The translations under genes and the position numbers were made by a program. From an uncultured archaeon (GTDB lineage Archaea > Thermoproteota > Bathyarchaeia > Bathyarchaeales > Bathycorpusculaceae): a stretch of 64,000 nucleotides of DNA. The notes under the pieces were generated by a model. That model was given only the letters and a program-made list of their open reading frames with translations. It made no database searches and was not told the DNA's origin. Positions 62,631-64,000 of the stretch are shown in pieces. The DNA lies in contig CAWDBI010000013.1 in NCBI GenBank assembly GCA_963800605.1, positions 5,841 through 69,840 on the forward strand. Direction: 5' to 3'. The first letter of the stretch is position 1, and every line of letters starts with the position of its first letter.

Positions 62631-63829
62631 AAGACAACTTAAGCGTCATGATGCTCTCATGGGAGTTCCCACCCAGAGTAATAGGTGGGATATCACCACA
62701 CGTTTACTACTTATCTAGAAGCTTAGTCAAGCAAGGCGTAAGAGTTATTGTTGTGACCTGTGATTTTCCAGAAGCACCCGATTACGAAGTAGTTGATGGC
62801 GTTGAAGTGTATCGCATTGACTCCTATAAGAATCCTGCACCCGATTTTCCGTCTTGGATTTACTTGATGAATCTTAATATGCAAAAGGAATCTGCCCGAT
62901 TGGTAAGAGAAATTGGAAAAGTTGACCTTTTTCATGCACATGACTGGCTAGTTGCAGACGCGGGTATAGGGCTTAAACATGTTTTTCGTAAACCGCTTTT
63001 GGTAACGATGCATTCAACCGAAATGGGTAGACGAGAGGTATTGCATACTACGACTGAAAAAATGATTCATGAAACCGAAGCTTGGTTAAATTATGAGGCC
63101 TGGCGAGTGATATGCTGCAGTGACTACATGGTTGGGCATGTAAGAACAATTTTTGGGCTGCCAAACGATAAGCTAGATATGATTCCCAACGGGGTCGATA
63201 CCGAAACGTATGATAAAATCGAGGAAGACTTGACCGATTTTAGAGCTAAATTTGCTTTGCCAGAAGAAAAAATCATTCTCTACGTTGGAAGACTCGTTTT
63301 TGAGAAAGGTATCCAGGTATTAATTAACGCTGTGCCCAAGGTTCTAAGTAAGGCTAACGCAAAATTCATAATCGTTGGCAGCGGCTACATGAAAGAGCAA
63401 CTGCTAAACATAGTTCGTGGAATGGGGCTTGAACATAAAGTGTTGTTCCAGGGTTTTATGGATGAGCCCTCTTTGCTGAGATTGCAGAAATGTGCTGATG
63501 TTTCGGTGGTTCCGTCGCTTTTTGAGCCTTTTGGGATAGTTGCTTTGGAGGCTATGGCTGCAAAAAGCCCAGTGGTTGTATCCGACACCGGAGGTATGTC
63601 TGAGATTGTGGATCATGACAAGACTGGCGTGAAAGTTTACCCGAATAACCCGGATTCTCTTGCCTGGGGTATAAACAAGATTTTGCTGGATGATAAATAT
63701 CGGGATTGGATCAAAGAAAACGCCTACAGGGTTGTGCAGGAGAAGTATGGTTGGGATACAATAGCGCAACAAACCAAGCGTACCTGTGAGGGTATAATGA
63801 GGGAGCATTCTAAAACGGTCTGGGCTTGA
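62627..63829 (+). CDS. GT4 glycosyltransferase, glycogen-synthase-like
   Basis: MLSWEFPPRVIGG, HAHDWL, TMHSTE, IPNG, VGRLVFEKG, PSLFEPFGIVALEAMA. Confidence 0.85.
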   Translation: MKDNLSVMMLSWEFPPRVIGGISPHVYYLSRSLVKQGVRVIVVTCDFPEAPDYEVVDGVEVYRIDSYKNPAPDFPSWIYLMNLNMQKESARLVREIGKVDLFHAHDWLVADAGIGLKHVFRKPLLVTMHSTEMGRREVLHTTTEKMIHETEAWLNYEAWRVICCSDYMVGHVRTIFGLPNDKLDMIPNGVDTETYDKIEEDLTDFRAKFALPEEKIILYVGRLVFEKGIQVLINAVPKVLSKANAKFIIVGSGYMKEQLLNIVRGMGLEHKVLFQGFMDEPSLLRLQKCADVSVVPSLFEPFGIVALEAMAAKSPVVVSDTGGMSEIVDHDKTGVKVYPNNPDSLAWGINKILLDDKYRDWIKENAYRVVQEKYGWDTIAQQTKRTCEGIMREHSKTVWA

Positions 63830-63892
63830 CTAAACAATTTTCTTACTGGTGCGGATAGAGGTTAGATAGCAGGCAATAATTAGTGTGGATTG

Positions 63893-63979
63893 TGGCGCGG
63901 GATGTGGGAATTGAACCCACGCGGCCTTTCGACCACAGACTTAGCAGGCCTGCCCCATACCAGGCTTGGGGAATCCCGC
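63893..63979 (-). tRNA. tRNA-Ser (GCT), long variable arm, CCA encoded
   Basis: GCGGGAT/ATCCCGC-G-CCA; anticodon arm CAGGC-CT-GCT-AA-GTCTG; variable arm GGTC-GAAA-GGCC; T-loop TTCAATT. Confidence 0.93.
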
Positions 63980-64000
63980 ACGCCAATTACAGCCAATGAA

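Noticed and set aside
58080-63979. tRNA-Ser-anchored integrated element
   Set aside because: No integrase, and I found no duplicate of the tRNA 3' end in the window. Only weak compositional hints remain.

Overview
Archaeal chromosomal segment, most consistent with Candidatus Bathyarchaeia (TACK). That assignment is an inference from gene content (HdrA-MvhD, NreA, DUF2206/DUF1616 glycan cluster, frequent TTG starts, CCA-encoding tRNAs). Layout: (1) 1-16 kb, mixed housekeeping genes (wHTH regulators, SPFH, NUDIX, Zn/Mn ABC, NreA, tRNA-Asp, a GT-C-like membrane protein, polyferredoxin plus a fused HdrA-MvhD). (2) About 16.1-49.2 kb, a ~33-kb minus-strand run dominated by a surface-glycan/exopolysaccharide cluster (flippase, ~9 glycosyltransferases, FdtA, two DegT, WbqC, PIG-L, DUF362, DUF1919, DUF2206, DUF1616), with one secreted GH5 on the opposite strand. 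(3) A CBS+HPF-like (Hib-type) protein, an unannotated 8-Cys microprotein ending in GGG, and a 2-oxoacid:ferredoxin oxidoreductase. (4) nrdR-nrdD-nrdG. (5) A glycogen-type locus (GH13_8 GlgB, GHMP kinase, wHTH, a degenerate GT4 half-protein, a full GT4) ending at tRNA-Ser(GCT). Many genes at 1-16 kb and 51-57.4 kb are broken by single-base indels that look like long-read errors, so their coordinates are reconstructed and approximate. No CRISPR array, transposase or integrase was seen. All family assignments come from motif recognition, not database searches.
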